IMG/VR virus record: IMGVR_UViG_3300033074_001413
Span: 34,841 to 98,840 of that record
Length of the DNA stretch: 64,000 bases
Strand: one strand, 5' to 3'
DNA from: a virus
Lineage: Duplodnaviria > Caudoviricetes
Shown: piece by piece, positions 1 through 9,141 of the stretch
How positions within the stretch are numbered: the first letter of the stretch is position 1
Layout: every line of letters starts with the position of its first letter
Translations under genes and position numbers: made by a program
The notes under the pieces: generated by a model
The model's input: the letters and a program-made list of their open reading frames with translations, nothing else
Databases searched by the model: none
Told to the model about the DNA's origin: nothing

Positions 1-183
1 GAGGGGTTTTCCGGGAAGCGACCGCTTGGTAATAGCTCCTGGAAGGCTGATGCTGAAGCGGCGCTAATCCAGGCCGGACTACTCAACGGAAAGTTGGATT
101 CTGAAGGCTACATCGAGGAGTGTGCCGATAGTATGCCAATTTTTGTAGAAGTCATCAGCGCACTCGAGACACCCAAGCCTTAA
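1..183 (+). CDS. Partial conserved phage hypothetical protein (3' end)
   Basis: Frame 1 is open from base 1 (EGFSGKRPLGNSSW...TPKP*). The EGFSGKRPxGNS motif resembles one I recall from phage hypotheticals. Confidence 0.6.
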   Translation, partial: EGFSGKRPLGNSSWKADAEAALIQAGLLNGKLDSEGYIEECADSMPIFVEVISALETPKP

Positions 184-186
184 ACA

Positions 187-215
187 TTGACATCGCACCG
201 GAATTGAGCTACAAT
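187..215 (+). promoter_or_regulatory. Sigma70-type early promoter
   Basis: TTGACA(187-192)-17 bp-TACAAT(210-215). Confidence 0.75.
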
Positions 216-410
216 AGAGTTGGTGATCTGCATTAACTGCAGCAACGACTTTGTTGGAAGGCGCTGCCCTAATTGCGGTGCTCTCCCACCTGAACACGCC
301 AAGAAGAATCCATCTCTTGGCGACATCCTTTACTCGCGTAAATTCGTCAGAAGGTTTTTCACCGACCAGAAGAAGATTCGACTGTCCGGTGACGACAAAC
401 CTTGGAATGA

Positions 411-776
411 ATGGTAACCATGGAAGCTATTTGTGTATTTCACTCTGAGACAGGGACTGAGGGTGGATTCTGGGCCGTCCAGGATCTTCAACATATCCAC
501 CCTCCAACCGATGGACACCCTTATGGCCGTTGGGATTACGAAGGTCTGCATATTCTCAAGGATGGTGACAAGCTAACCATCTATTCCAAGGACCGTGAGG
601 TCATTTGGAATGGTGAGATTAAACTCACAGAGTATCCGGTCTTCACCGAAGAGGCCTGTGGCATGTGGATTCACTCCGACCAGCAAGGAGTGGACCGTGA
701 AACATGGGCCAAATATTTCATGGAAGAGTCGCCGTGTTCGTACTTTCCTGGACCAGAGTCACCCAATGCTGAATGA
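411..776 (+). CDS. Hypothetical phage protein
   Basis: 121-aa ORF with a SETGTEGGFWAVQD motif, in a tightly overlapping operon. Confidence 0.7.
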   Translation: MVTMEAICVFHSETGTEGGFWAVQDLQHIHPPTDGHPYGRWDYEGLHILKDGDKLTIYSKDREVIWNGEIKLTEYPVFTEEACGMWIHSDQQGVDRETWAKYFMEESPCSYFPGPESPNAE

Positions 777-950
777 AGACGTTCTACCTGCTGATTGGGA
801 AGATACTCCCCACAATCGCGACTTATGGAAGCGATATGCTAGCGCCCGCAATATAGCTGAGGGAATTCACGCTAGTGAAAATCATCCCGGCAAGATGAAA
901 GACTGTATAGAGTGCAAGAGCGGGTTTGCACTATTACTGGTAGGTTCACA

Positions 951-1364
951 ATGCGCGTGAATTTCGGAATGATGATCGGCGACGAACAGTGCCGCGTCGG
1001 TTACAAAGAATACCCTGTGGATAATCCGTCAGAGGCTGCTCTGGCTATCGCAACCGACTACCTGGAATTCAAGAAGGTGATGGACTATCACGGACATCCA
1101 ACATTTCTTGAACTCACCGAGAGAGTTGAAGGTTTGCCTGATCTAATAGATGCGCACCTCGATCCGGTATTGGAGACCGTGATGTACCAATATGAGGCAG
1201 GAGTAGTTGATCCCATAACCGGAGAGGTCCGTTGGACAGGAGAAACCATCAAGTCATCTTCAGAGGAAGAGGCGCTTGATGAGTTTACTAGGCAGGGATA
1301 CTATCGGAATTTGCGTGTGAGGCAATCTAATATTCCTGACTCGACTCCAACTATGCTACAATGA
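951..1364 (+). CDS. Hypothetical protein
   Basis: ORF MRVNFG... in the overlapping + strand operon. Confidence 0.6.
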   Translation: MRVNFGMMIGDEQCRVGYKEYPVDNPSEAALAIATDYLEFKKVMDYHGHPTFLELTERVEGLPDLIDAHLDPVLETVMYQYEAGVVDPITGEVRWTGETIKSSSEEEALDEFTRQGYYRNLRVRQSNIPDSTPTMLQ

Positions 1365-1370
1365 GTTAGT

Positions 1371-1634
1371 ATGAGTCTGCAACAATTTGACGACGACTGT
1401 CCTGGGTGCAAGCCAGCGGTGCTGGACCCAAAGACAAACGAAGTGTTGCCAGATGACCATCCAGTCATGGTGGCTATCTTTGCCGTGTGGGAGACCACTA
1501 CCCCGGAAGAGCGTAAGGCATTTCATGACGTGTGCTGTCTTAATTCTCAGCAGCCACACGACATGGCACTGATGCAGGGTCTCGTCCTCCGTATCCAACT
1601 GGCGATTCACAAGGTGCCGGGAGAAGTCCAATGA
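1371..1634 (+). CDS. Hypothetical protein (CxxC)
   Basis: 87-aa ORF with ATGA overlap to the next gene. Confidence 0.6.
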   Translation: MSLQQFDDDCPGCKPAVLDPKTNEVLPDDHPVMVAIFAVWETTTPEERKAFHDVCCLNSQQPHDMALMQGLVLRIQLAIHKVPGEVQ

Positions 1635-1903
1635 TGAAGAAGGTCGCACTGATCAAACTTTCAGTCTGCCCATGTGGGTTTACACTCCTGGCTGACTCCA
1701 TTCCGCTTGGCACGGAGTACACCATTGACACCGAGACAATCGGCAACGAGTTCTCCTACCGTTGTGGTCGGTGTGGAACGATCCATCGTAACATGGCAAG
1801 CGTGCGAACCAGTCAGTCCCTGCACCCGGAACGACCAATGGCACCTCTGCCACTTGAGTTGTTCATGACCACGCCGTCTGGCGCTCTCGAAGTAATCCAG
1901 TGA
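1631..1903 (+). CDS. Small Zn-ribbon-like protein
   Basis: CPCG...CGRC motifs. Confidence 0.55.
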   Translation: MMKKVALIKLSVCPCGFTLLADSIPLGTEYTIDTETIGNEFSYRCGRCGTIHRNMASVRTSQSLHPERPMAPLPLELFMTTPSGALEVIQ

Positions 1904-2203
1904 TCCCACTGCGCATCATCGATTTCGCGTGGACTCCATATGGATATTTGTTCACGCTCACCGAGGACGCCACCACCAACAAAGTTTGGTCCGTTTTGCT
2001 TGATGCGTATCAGGCGTTGTCGCTCCTTCAACAACCCGGCATTCGGGTAGATACGAGTACGAAGATATTCTCGGTTTGGTAGCCAGTCAGATACGGCTGG
2101 CACAGGCTGATGCCAGAGCCAACATGGATGACGCCGAGCTTCTTGGGTATCCCGCCTCCAAAAGATGAAAACAGGTGGTGTCTAATTAAAACTGGAGACC
2201 ACC

Positions 2204-2539
2204 ATGAAGTCATTCAAACAATTCACCACGGAGTCAGTCGAAGTCGTTTTCCTTGGTAAGGAGTCGCTGTCCGATTCTTCACGCGGTCCTAAACCAAGTG
2301 GCCGTTGGGGATGGGAATATCAGTTTACAGTCAATGGTAAGAAGTGTAATGTGCAAATGGGCGACTGGCTAGAGCATGAAAGCTCCGGTGAGATCGAAGC
2401 ACAAATGCCGGATCTAGTTGACTTTGTTGGTCCTGACGCCGAAGAGGGTGTCGCGGTCAAAGTAATGAAGGACATCTTCGTTGATGGTAACGACGACATC
2501 CTTAAGCGCAAAGGCACCCGCAAGACCTTTAATGTCTAG
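2204..2539 (+). CDS. Putative internal head protein (capsid-targeting N-terminus)
   Basis: N-terminus MKSFKQFTTE resembles the T4 CTS MKTYQEFIAE; GGAG RBS. Confidence 0.7.
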   Translation: MKSFKQFTTESVEVVFLGKESLSDSSRGPKPSGRWGWEYQFTVNGKKCNVQMGDWLEHESSGEIEAQMPDLVDFVGPDAEEGVAVKVMKDIFVDGNDDILKRKGTRKTFNV

Positions 2540-2541
2540 CC

Positions 2542-3003
2542 ATGAAATCATTCCGAGTATTCTCAGAAAGTACCGACGCCCATGTTGACTGCGTTCACTC
2601 CGCAGTAGAAAATGAGGCTTTGACATTCCGCGAGAATTTCGGATATGCGGCGCATGGTGAACAGTACGCCGCCGCATGGGAAAACGCCTCATCATACCTT
2701 CAAAACTGTCCTGGTCTGTCAGAAGACGAGTTTCGGCGGATCCTTGAAAGAGAATACCACTTCAAATACGACCCGAATGACTGGGTGTATATGGCATCCA
2801 CTGGGAAGCGTAATGGTGTGGCGCAGTGGTACTGGAGCTATGTTTCAAGTAGTGAATATCTCCAGGCCAAAGCGCAGGGTGATATTGCGATTTGTTCAAG
2901 ATGTGAAACTTGGTGGGCTGACGACAATGACAGCAGCGAGTGCTTTAAGTGCCGGGGTTGGAAAGAGGCGAAGAATCTCTCTAAACACAGGCCAATATTC
3001 TAA
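2542..3003 (+). CDS. Putative internal head protein with C-terminal Zn-finger
   Basis: MKSFRVFSES N-terminus; CSRC...CFKC. Confidence 0.6.
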   Translation: MKSFRVFSESTDAHVDCVHSAVENEALTFRENFGYAAHGEQYAAAWENASSYLQNCPGLSEDEFRRILEREYHFKYDPNDWVYMASTGKRNGVAQWYWSYVSSSEYLQAKAQGDIAICSRCETWWADDNDSSECFKCRGWKEAKNLSKHRPIF

Positions 3004-3431
3004 TGCGCACATTCAGCCAGTTCATTACCGAAGCGCAAGGTGAGGTCCTCTACCACGTCACCCACACCAGCCTCGTTCCTAAGCTGCAGAAAGAAGGCCT
3101 TAAGACTGGGCAAAAAGCCAACTGGGTGAAAGCGGCGTCCGGTAGGAAGTATGGCAAGGGCGAGGTCCACGCGTTCGAAGACAACCACGACGCCATTCGT
3201 TGGGCGGCGCGTATGGACTGGGAAACAAACCGTCAAACTGGTTCAGGGAAGATATCCATACTCACCATCAATCGCGGCACTCATAAGTGGGTTGTTGATA
3301 CCAATGATCCGCTTAGTCAGCTTGGTAGTCGTGGTAAGTGGTTGAAAACCAAAGAGAACGTCAATCCCGCCGATATCACTCATGTCGAACCGCTCACCGT
3401 CGACATGGTCAAGAAGTTGATCCAACAGTAA
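3003..3431 (+). CDS. Putative virion-packaged ADP-ribosyltransferase-fold protein (Tpt1/KptA-like)
   Basis: MRTFSQFITEA leader; LYHVT...LQKEGL...VHAF...ENVNPADI pattern. Confidence 0.6.
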   Translation: MRTFSQFITEAQGEVLYHVTHTSLVPKLQKEGLKTGQKANWVKAASGRKYGKGEVHAFEDNHDAIRWAARMDWETNRQTGSGKISILTINRGTHKWVVDTNDPLSQLGSRGKWLKTKENVNPADITHVEPLTVDMVKKLIQQ

Positions 3432-3439
3432 ATACTAGT

Positions 3440-3847
3440 ATGAAGTCGTTTAGCCAGTTCATCACCGAAGTCACTGCGCATGTCTATCATGGCGGTAATC
3501 TCTCCGCAGATAAGCCGCTGGTCACCTACTGGACGCAGGACCGCGAAATGGCTCTATCCTATGCGGAGATGTCTGCAGATAGATTCGGCGGTGACCACGG
3601 GATAATTGACAAGACCCTCACACTCGTACCTGCACCCTGGTCATTGATTCAAAAGGAAGCGCGTAAGGTCGGTATTGATCCAGAAGATTACACACCCGCA
3701 AGCGTATTCGACGCCGAGATACAAGGTGAAGAATCAGTACGCGATCTGGTCAAGGCACTTAAATCCCTCCATTATACCGGAGCCATTCTGCCCGATATTG
3801 CCTACGGCAAGCAGATTGAAGCTGACGCCTGGATTGAGTTCAACTAA
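3440..3847 (+). CDS. Putative virion-packaged ADP-ribosyltransferase (ART-PolyVal-like)
   Basis: TAAATA-N5-ATG; MKSFSQFITE leader; VYHGG...YWTQDREMALSYA...HYTGAILPD. Confidence 0.6.
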   Translation: MKSFSQFITEVTAHVYHGGNLSADKPLVTYWTQDREMALSYAEMSADRFGGDHGIIDKTLTLVPAPWSLIQKEARKVGIDPEDYTPASVFDAEIQGEESVRDLVKALKSLHYTGAILPDIAYGKQIEADAWIEFN

Positions 3848-3865
3848 CTGTGCTATAATCCAATT

Positions 3866-4051
3866 ATGGATTGTCCAACAGGTAAACGGTCGTACTCGAA
3901 GGGTAAGGCCGAGGCGCAACTCCGTTCACTCACCCGCAAGGATCCAAACTATGCCGGATGTGTCTATCCGTGCGTCACTTGCCAGGGTTGTCACGTCGGC
4001 AGACTCAAGAAGGGTGCACACCGTAACAAGTACAAGGTGGCCGCGCAATGA
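3866..4051 (+). CDS. Small basic Zn-finger phage protein
   Basis: CPTGKRSY...YPCVTCQGCH; TATAAT lies 6 nt upstream of the ATG. Confidence 0.65.
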   Translation: MDCPTGKRSYSKGKAEAQLRSLTRKDPNYAGCVYPCVTCQGCHVGRLKKGAHRNKYKVAAQ

Positions 4052-4314
4052 CGCAAAGGTATATTGTTAGATCAGGCGACCACTACTTGGTTTGGGAGGG
4101 TGTCGGCAATCAGTACGCTCTTACACTTAACCTGTTCCATACGGTCTGCCGCCAGTCGTTTGATAAGCAAGCGGAGGCTCAGCGGTTTATTGACGTAGCC
4201 AAAGTTGCTGGCAGATCGTTCCTGTACAATAAGGAACTCGACAAGGTCGAATCGGTGAAACTTTGCGATATCCCGCTTGAAGTGGTCATGGCTCAGGTCG
4301 ATATCCGGATATAG
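4048..4314 (+). CDS. Hypothetical protein
   Basis: ATGA overlap with the previous gene. Confidence 0.55.
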   Translation: MTQRYIVRSGDHYLVWEGVGNQYALTLNLFHTVCRQSFDKQAEAQRFIDVAKVAGRSFLYNKELDKVESVKLCDIPLEVVMAQVDIRI

Positions 4315-4645
4315 TTGCGGGTTTCACTTCACGTATGCTTTAATATACCTATGGATATTAAAGCCATCGCCAAAGAAATCGCTGCCGCGCTTAGCCGGGA
4401 CAGTGTGATCCCTGATACGGACGGGTATCAGGAAGAGGCGGAGCGCATTGCGCTCGAGGTTCTGCAACGGCATGCCTAACCCGCTGATGCTCGTGGGCGC
4501 GTTCGTGTTCTTCATCCTGCTCGATGACCGCGTGGTGCTCGCCTTGAAGTACCTGCTGAAGGACTGGCGCAATAAACTAACCAATTCGGGCTGCTGTTAA
4601 AACGATATCTTGCAGGTTCACTTCACCCTGTGATAAAATCCTAGT

Positions 4646-4840
4646 ATGGTATTCAATACCGAGGACGAAATCCGCGCTTACTACCAGGGTCGCATGGACG
4701 AAGCCGACCGTTGGGCGTACTGGCAGGGCGGCGCAAAGTGGTGTGGCACCTCTGATCGCCGTGCCTTGCAGGACATCCTCGCCGAGCTTACGCTGCAGAT
4801 GGCGCAGTGCCTGGAGCAGTTCCGGAGGCAACACGCATGA
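4646..4840 (+). CDS. Hypothetical protein
   Basis: Leaderless start after TTGCAG-18-TAAAAT. Confidence 0.6.
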   Translation: MVFNTEDEIRAYYQGRMDEADRWAYWQGGAKWCGTSDRRALQDILAELTLQMAQCLEQFRRQHA

Positions 4841-5040
4841 CAGGCCAGGAACTGTACGAGTGGCTCCAGGCGATCCCGGAAGAGGACCGACGCCGCGCAC
4901 GCTGCACGCTCGAAGTAGCTGCCGAACACGAGGATCTGGTCACGGCCAAGATCTACACGGAGGGTGATGGTAAGCGCATTTACCTAATCAACAAGTGAGC
5001 CGCCGCCATTTGAATTAAGATTAGTAGGCTGTTAAAAGAT

Positions 5041-5334
5041 ATGCCGCTCGACAGGCCATCTGCGACACGCGAGGAATCCATCTCGGATCTACACACCGTC
5101 GTATATCTGCTGCAGGGCATAGCCGACCAAATCGAACTCGAAGCCTCCCCATTACCCGCCGATCCGCACAAATCCGACGACTCCTACTACCGCGTCTGGT
5201 CTGCAGTGACCGACGCACGTGCCGCACTGTCCAGTACCGCACGCAGAATACTCGAACTACCCGAGCGTCCGCGCTTGAAGCTGGTCAAGCGCGAAAAACC
5301 CCAACAACGTAGTGGGGTAAATTGGGGCATTTGA
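5041..5334 (+). CDS. Hypothetical protein
   Basis: 97-aa ORF ending within repeat copy 1. Confidence 0.5.
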   Translation: MPLDRPSATREESISDLHTVVYLLQGIADQIELEASPLPADPHKSDDSYYRVWSAVTDARAALSSTARRILELPERPRLKLVKREKPQQRSGVNWGI

Positions 5335-5360
5335 TATCGCATTTTCCGAAGGGTATGGTA
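5293..5360. repeat. Imperfect ~70-bp direct repeat, copy 1
   Basis: Identical core TAGTGGGGTAAATTGGGGCATTTG at 5310-5333 and 6370-6393, with similar flanks. Confidence 0.9.
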
Positions 5361-6351
5361 TGTCGCGTGATGAACTGATCGCACAACTTCAACAGCTTCC
5401 CGAAGGGGAAGTACAGGTGATCGTCAAGGTGTGGTCGCCGCTTGGCGCTGAGTACGACAGGCGTCCAGGAACCATATGGGTCGGAAGCAACGCCGTGGTG
5501 GTGACGCCGAAATGATCAAAGTACTGATACTCGCTCTGCTGTTCATCCTAATATTGAGCGGAAAGGGCGAAGCTCCGCCAAGCACATGACCATAACCGTC
5601 GAGCAGATGTGGTTGATGGCACGAATCTGCCAAAGCCTGATCATTCCGAAGGCATCGATCCGGCACGCGGATAAAATAGTGATTAGTCGACTGCTCGTAA
5701 AAAGGCTAGTTGAGCTGAGGCGTTGGCACGACGGCGATCAGTATGGCCTTACACAAACCGGGTGGGCAGTGGCCGAGCGACACCGGATGGAAGAATGGCC
5801 AATCAAAGGAACATACCGTGACACCACATGAGGTTTTGACCACGCTTTTGGGCGATCTGAGCGCACCGGACTTGGAGAATATGCTTGGTCGGGCGCGGGC
5901 CTTGAATGCCTCTCTTGAGGCGATCATGCGCAACCGCAACTTCAACGAAGTGACCACGGAGGAGCACGTGGTCAACAGTATGGAGATGGTCGCACGCGTG
6001 GGTGTGGCGATCAACGACGTCAAGAAGAAGCGCGAGCACCCCTATGGCTGAGACACTGGCCGAGGCGCTTAAGGCGGAAGAGGCACAACTGTCTTTGAAG
6101 GTGTTGGGGTTGTCGATCCGTGGGCGAACTCTGACATTTGAGGAGGCGCAAGCGGTGTGTAAACGGGCGGAAGAAATTGCCAAGCAAAGCCAAACAGATT
6201 GAACGTTATCAACGCCAAATAGCGACCGACAAGCGCAGCACCCGGCGCACCGCCAAACGTCGTTTAGCTTATTTTGCCCGCTACAAGCGGATGACGATTG
6301 CGGAGTGTAAGAAGTATCTGCTGCGGATCGGATGGAACTGGCGGGAGTTCT

Positions 6352-6425
6352 GAAAAAATCCCCACGACATAGTGGGGTAAATTGGGGCATTTGTAGATCG
6401 ATTTTCCTTGAGGGTATATCTCGCG
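6352..6425. repeat. Imperfect ~70-bp direct repeat, copy 2
   Basis: Same 24-bp core; CCCCAC...GTGGGG hairpin. Confidence 0.9.
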
Positions 6426-6443
6426 CACGACCCCGCAGAGCAA

Positions 6444-6624
6444 TAGAGACCTCCGACACCCGACAGAACACCCGACACCCGACAGAACACCCGACACCTG
6501 ACAGAACAGTAGAGACCTCCGACCAAGGGCCAAACTAGTTTGTTTACGATCCACAAGTTTGGGGGTTTTGGGGTGGGTTTCGGAAATACCCCCTATGGCC
6601 CACCGGGACCCTTCCGGGACCCTT
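6444..6624. repeat. Iteron-like tandem repeats (candidate origin or terminus region)
   Basis: 3 x 19-bp CCGACACCCGACAGAACAC (6453-6509, third copy imperfect); TAGAGACCTCCGAC x2 (6444, 6510); CCGGGACCCTT x2 (6603-6624). Confidence 0.85.
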
Positions 6625-6654
6625 ACGTAAACCGACCCCGCCGTCTACTTCGCG

Positions 6655-7089
6655 TCACCCCGTGTACTTCACTGGGTCCATCATGTTCCCTGCATCCCAT
6701 GCGATCACTTCATCTATCCCATCGAGTCTGTCTATCACGGCATGCAGAGTTGACAGTGCGGCATCTGCATCAACATCCCTCGACTCACTTTCATCCTTCT
6801 GCGCGGCATGTAGATGTTGCAATGCCTTGGCTAGTTCCTTATCCATCGTGGTTACCAAGGTCGGTTCATTGTCGTCCGGATCCTTGTAGATAAGCATTTC
6901 CCTTTGGTTCTTTGGTATTGTGCCTACCGCTTTCTCAACCCGGCTATGCAAATCCCATAACATCTTGAGCATCTGTTCATAATGCGCCTGATTGTAAGTT
7001 CCCATTCGGGACGGGTGAAACATGATCTTATCATGCAGGGAGTAAAGTGGTTTGGTATCCGCTTCGATAAGATACTGTTTGAATGTCAT
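6655..7089 (-). CDS. Putative internal head protein
   Basis: Start MTFKQYLIEA is CTS-like. Confidence 0.65.
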   Translation of the reverse strand: MTFKQYLIEADTKPLYSLHDKIMFHPSRMGTYNQAHYEQMLKMLWDLHSRVEKAVGTIPKNQREMLIYKDPDDNEPTLVTTMDKELAKALQHLHAAQKDESESRDVDADAALSTLHAVIDRLDGIDEVIAWDAGNMMDPVKYTG

Positions 7090-7114
7090 ACTTGTATAAA
7101 GCGACCTAACCCAC

Positions 7115-7144
7115 TTGACAGATTGGGGTCTCATGTGGTACAAT
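7115..7144 (+). promoter_or_regulatory. Strong sigma70-type promoter driving the large ncRNA
   Basis: TTGACA(7115-7120)-18 bp-TGnTACAAT(7139-7144). Confidence 0.8.
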
Positions 7145-7150
7145 GGGTTT

Positions 7151-7817
7151 GTTCGGATGGGGCTGGTAGGGCGAGCTTAAAGCCAAGGCCAGTCGCCATG
7201 AGACACCCGGTGAACGACGGTCGCGAAAGGCGTGCGGCACCGGGATTGATGGTCTAGTTTAATTTCTGGAAAAACGCAGTAGTGTGAACGTCGGGTTCGG
7301 CGTGCAAGGACTCGGCGGCTATTGCATCCTGGGTTCAAGACCAGGGACCATCAACGTGGGAGAGTGTAGGCCAGTTACCGATGGCTACGAGCCGCCGTAT
7401 GGCTCTGCCCTGGCGCAATGGGTCGGGCGGTAGGCGGCATCGGGACAATCGACGGGTCGTACTCAGCGCGGGCGCGGATTGCACATCTCGGCTACCCGCC
7501 ACTTCGATACCGTCCACTCTCCAAACGCAACGCTGCGGCAGGGCGGTGACCCAAGGTCGCTCCGGTGAAAGTCCGGCGAATCAACGGCACTCGTCACGGT
7601 AGAACGTGCACTCCTGCCGCAGCAACACATAGCACAACGGCAGAACCATTACTCGACGGCACCAGAGCATGGGAGGCTCGCAATGACTCCACCGGGCTAG
7701 AAAACCAACCCAAATTAGACAGAAAAATCGCGCCGGAAAGGACACCCCTGGAGATCAACCTCCGGGGGTGATCCGTTTAGGATAATTCCAGGTTTACCCG
7801 AACCTGTGGTAAACTGG
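7151..7817 (+). ncRNA. Large ornate structured RNA with an embedded tRNA-like domain (possibly GOLLD/ROOL-like or a new class)
   Basis: No convincing ORF. Nested helices at 7206-7212/7238-7244, 7246-7254/7346-7354, 7359-7366/7515-7522, 7532-7542/7613-7623 (11 bp perfect) and 7743-7748/7765-7770; D- and T-loop-like motifs. Confidence 0.75.
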
Positions 7818-7824
7818 TTCATAT

Positions 7825-8136
7825 ATGGATATCGATTTCATAGCAGAAGACACCGACGCCGGGTCGGTTTCCATTACGGCAGTTTCATCCAAGGCCTACG
7901 AGAAGTATCCCATGGGCTTCCGGCTGCTGACCCCTCAACAAGCGCAAAAAGAAGCGTCCGATCTACGCGGCAGCGGCTTTACCATCCTGGATCGGACGAG
8001 CGCAACGTTGGGCGCAACGTGCGCGACGGGACCCTACAAACAAGTCCTATGCCATCGTCCTACTCTGCTCATGGACGAACCGTTTGGGGAGATGCAACCC
8101 GAACCAGTCCGGAATATCTACATCGAGGTCAAATGA
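7825..8136 (+). CDS. Hypothetical protein
   Basis: 103-aa ORF following the ncRNA. Confidence 0.5.
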   Translation: MDIDFIAEDTDAGSVSITAVSSKAYEKYPMGFRLLTPQQAQKEASDLRGSGFTILDRTSATLGATCATGPYKQVLCHRPTLLMDEPFGEMQPEPVRNIYIEVK

Positions 8137-8529
8137 ACTGGAAATACTGGCATTCTCATTTCGGGTGTACTCACCCACCGCTCTGCATTCGCTGCACGTG
8201 GTGCGGCTACCGGGCCAACCCGTTGAAGTACTACCCGATTGCCATCCTGCAGATACTCGCGTTCAAGTGCCTGGACCTCCTGGCCTGGATGGAGAAATGG
8301 GACCAGCGATTCGCCTCCAACCAGCGGTAGATCTACTTCGCCCGCTCGCCCGCGATAGAAGTTGGCGAACGCGTCAACCAAACTTCGCGCATCGAATGGT
8401 CGAGCAGATCTCTGCCGGGACAATACCAAATCTCTCCGCGCAACAGTGCATAATCAGCATCATCCAGGCTGAGTACGGTTTGGAGAAGGCGCAGGAGATT
8501 CAAGCTCTGTTCGACACGCTAAACCATAC

Positions 8530-8559
8530 TTGACACGGCAGGTTCACGTATGGTTTAAT
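8530..8559 (+). promoter_or_regulatory. Early promoter, TGGTTTAATGGTT class
   Basis: TTGACA-18-TTTAAT; the same extended motif occurs at 30852-30881(-) and 58854-58883(-). Confidence 0.75.
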
Positions 8560-8771
8560 GGTTGTAATGCAACCCTTCCAATCAATCGCCGAACTCACGC
8601 GCTGGTTCGCCGCGCTGCCCGTGCAGAGTGAAATGAGCGTTCTGCTCGACTTCCGGGATATCGGCATCGGTCTGCAGCGGCGGGAGATTCAGAACCGCAA
8701 TGGCAACTGGGTGATCGGGTTCGGTTCACTGGGCGTGCTGATCTAGCGGCACGGTCAGGTCACGTTCAGTT

Positions 8772-8821
8772 GCCCCCTGCTAGAGGACAGAATAGAGTAG
8801 ATCTGTCTCTCTAGCAGGGGC
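8772..8821. terminator. Long hairpin between convergent transcription units
   Basis: CCCCTGCTAGAG-GACAGA...TCTGTC-T-CTCTAGCAGGGG inverted repeat. Confidence 0.65.
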
Positions 8822-9141
8822 GCTCCCTTTATGATCTCTACGGAGTTTCTAAGGGGTTATATCAGCCTTCTACCGAACAAATCCTGTATTTCTACTCTTT
8901 GTAAACCGAACTCGTCTCCCCGCTCACAGACGCAGTTTACATCTCCTTTTCCGGTGTTGACTCCATCGCTATCTTCAAAATCCCCGTCAAAGGATGAGCG
9001 GTATCCCCACGTACTTCCACTCGTGCCCCACCGAATAGCCGTCTAAACAGATCCTGGCTGTACGGATCGGCAGAGCAGATCGCCTTTGCATCCAACTCCG
9101 GGAAAGGTTTGCGCACCAGTGGCAGCAAAATGGGCGTATCT

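Noticed and set aside
6444-6524. CRISPR mini-array
   Set aside because: The repeats are directly tandem with no unique spacers, and no cas genes are in the window.
6982-7771. Short ORFs overlapping the large structured region (6982-7257, 7335-7517, 7381-7602, 7565-7771)
   Set aside because: No RBS or leaderless context, Arg/Gly/Ala-rich shadow composition and mutually overlapping; the extensive helices explain the sequence better.
7151-7817. tmRNA, RNase P RNA or group I/II intron identity for the large RNA
   Set aside because: GGGGCTG and GAAAGTCC fragments are present, but I found no tmRNA 3' TCCACCA acceptor end, no RNase P GAGGAAAGTCC/P4 partner and no interrupted host gene. Not formally excluded without a covariance-model search.
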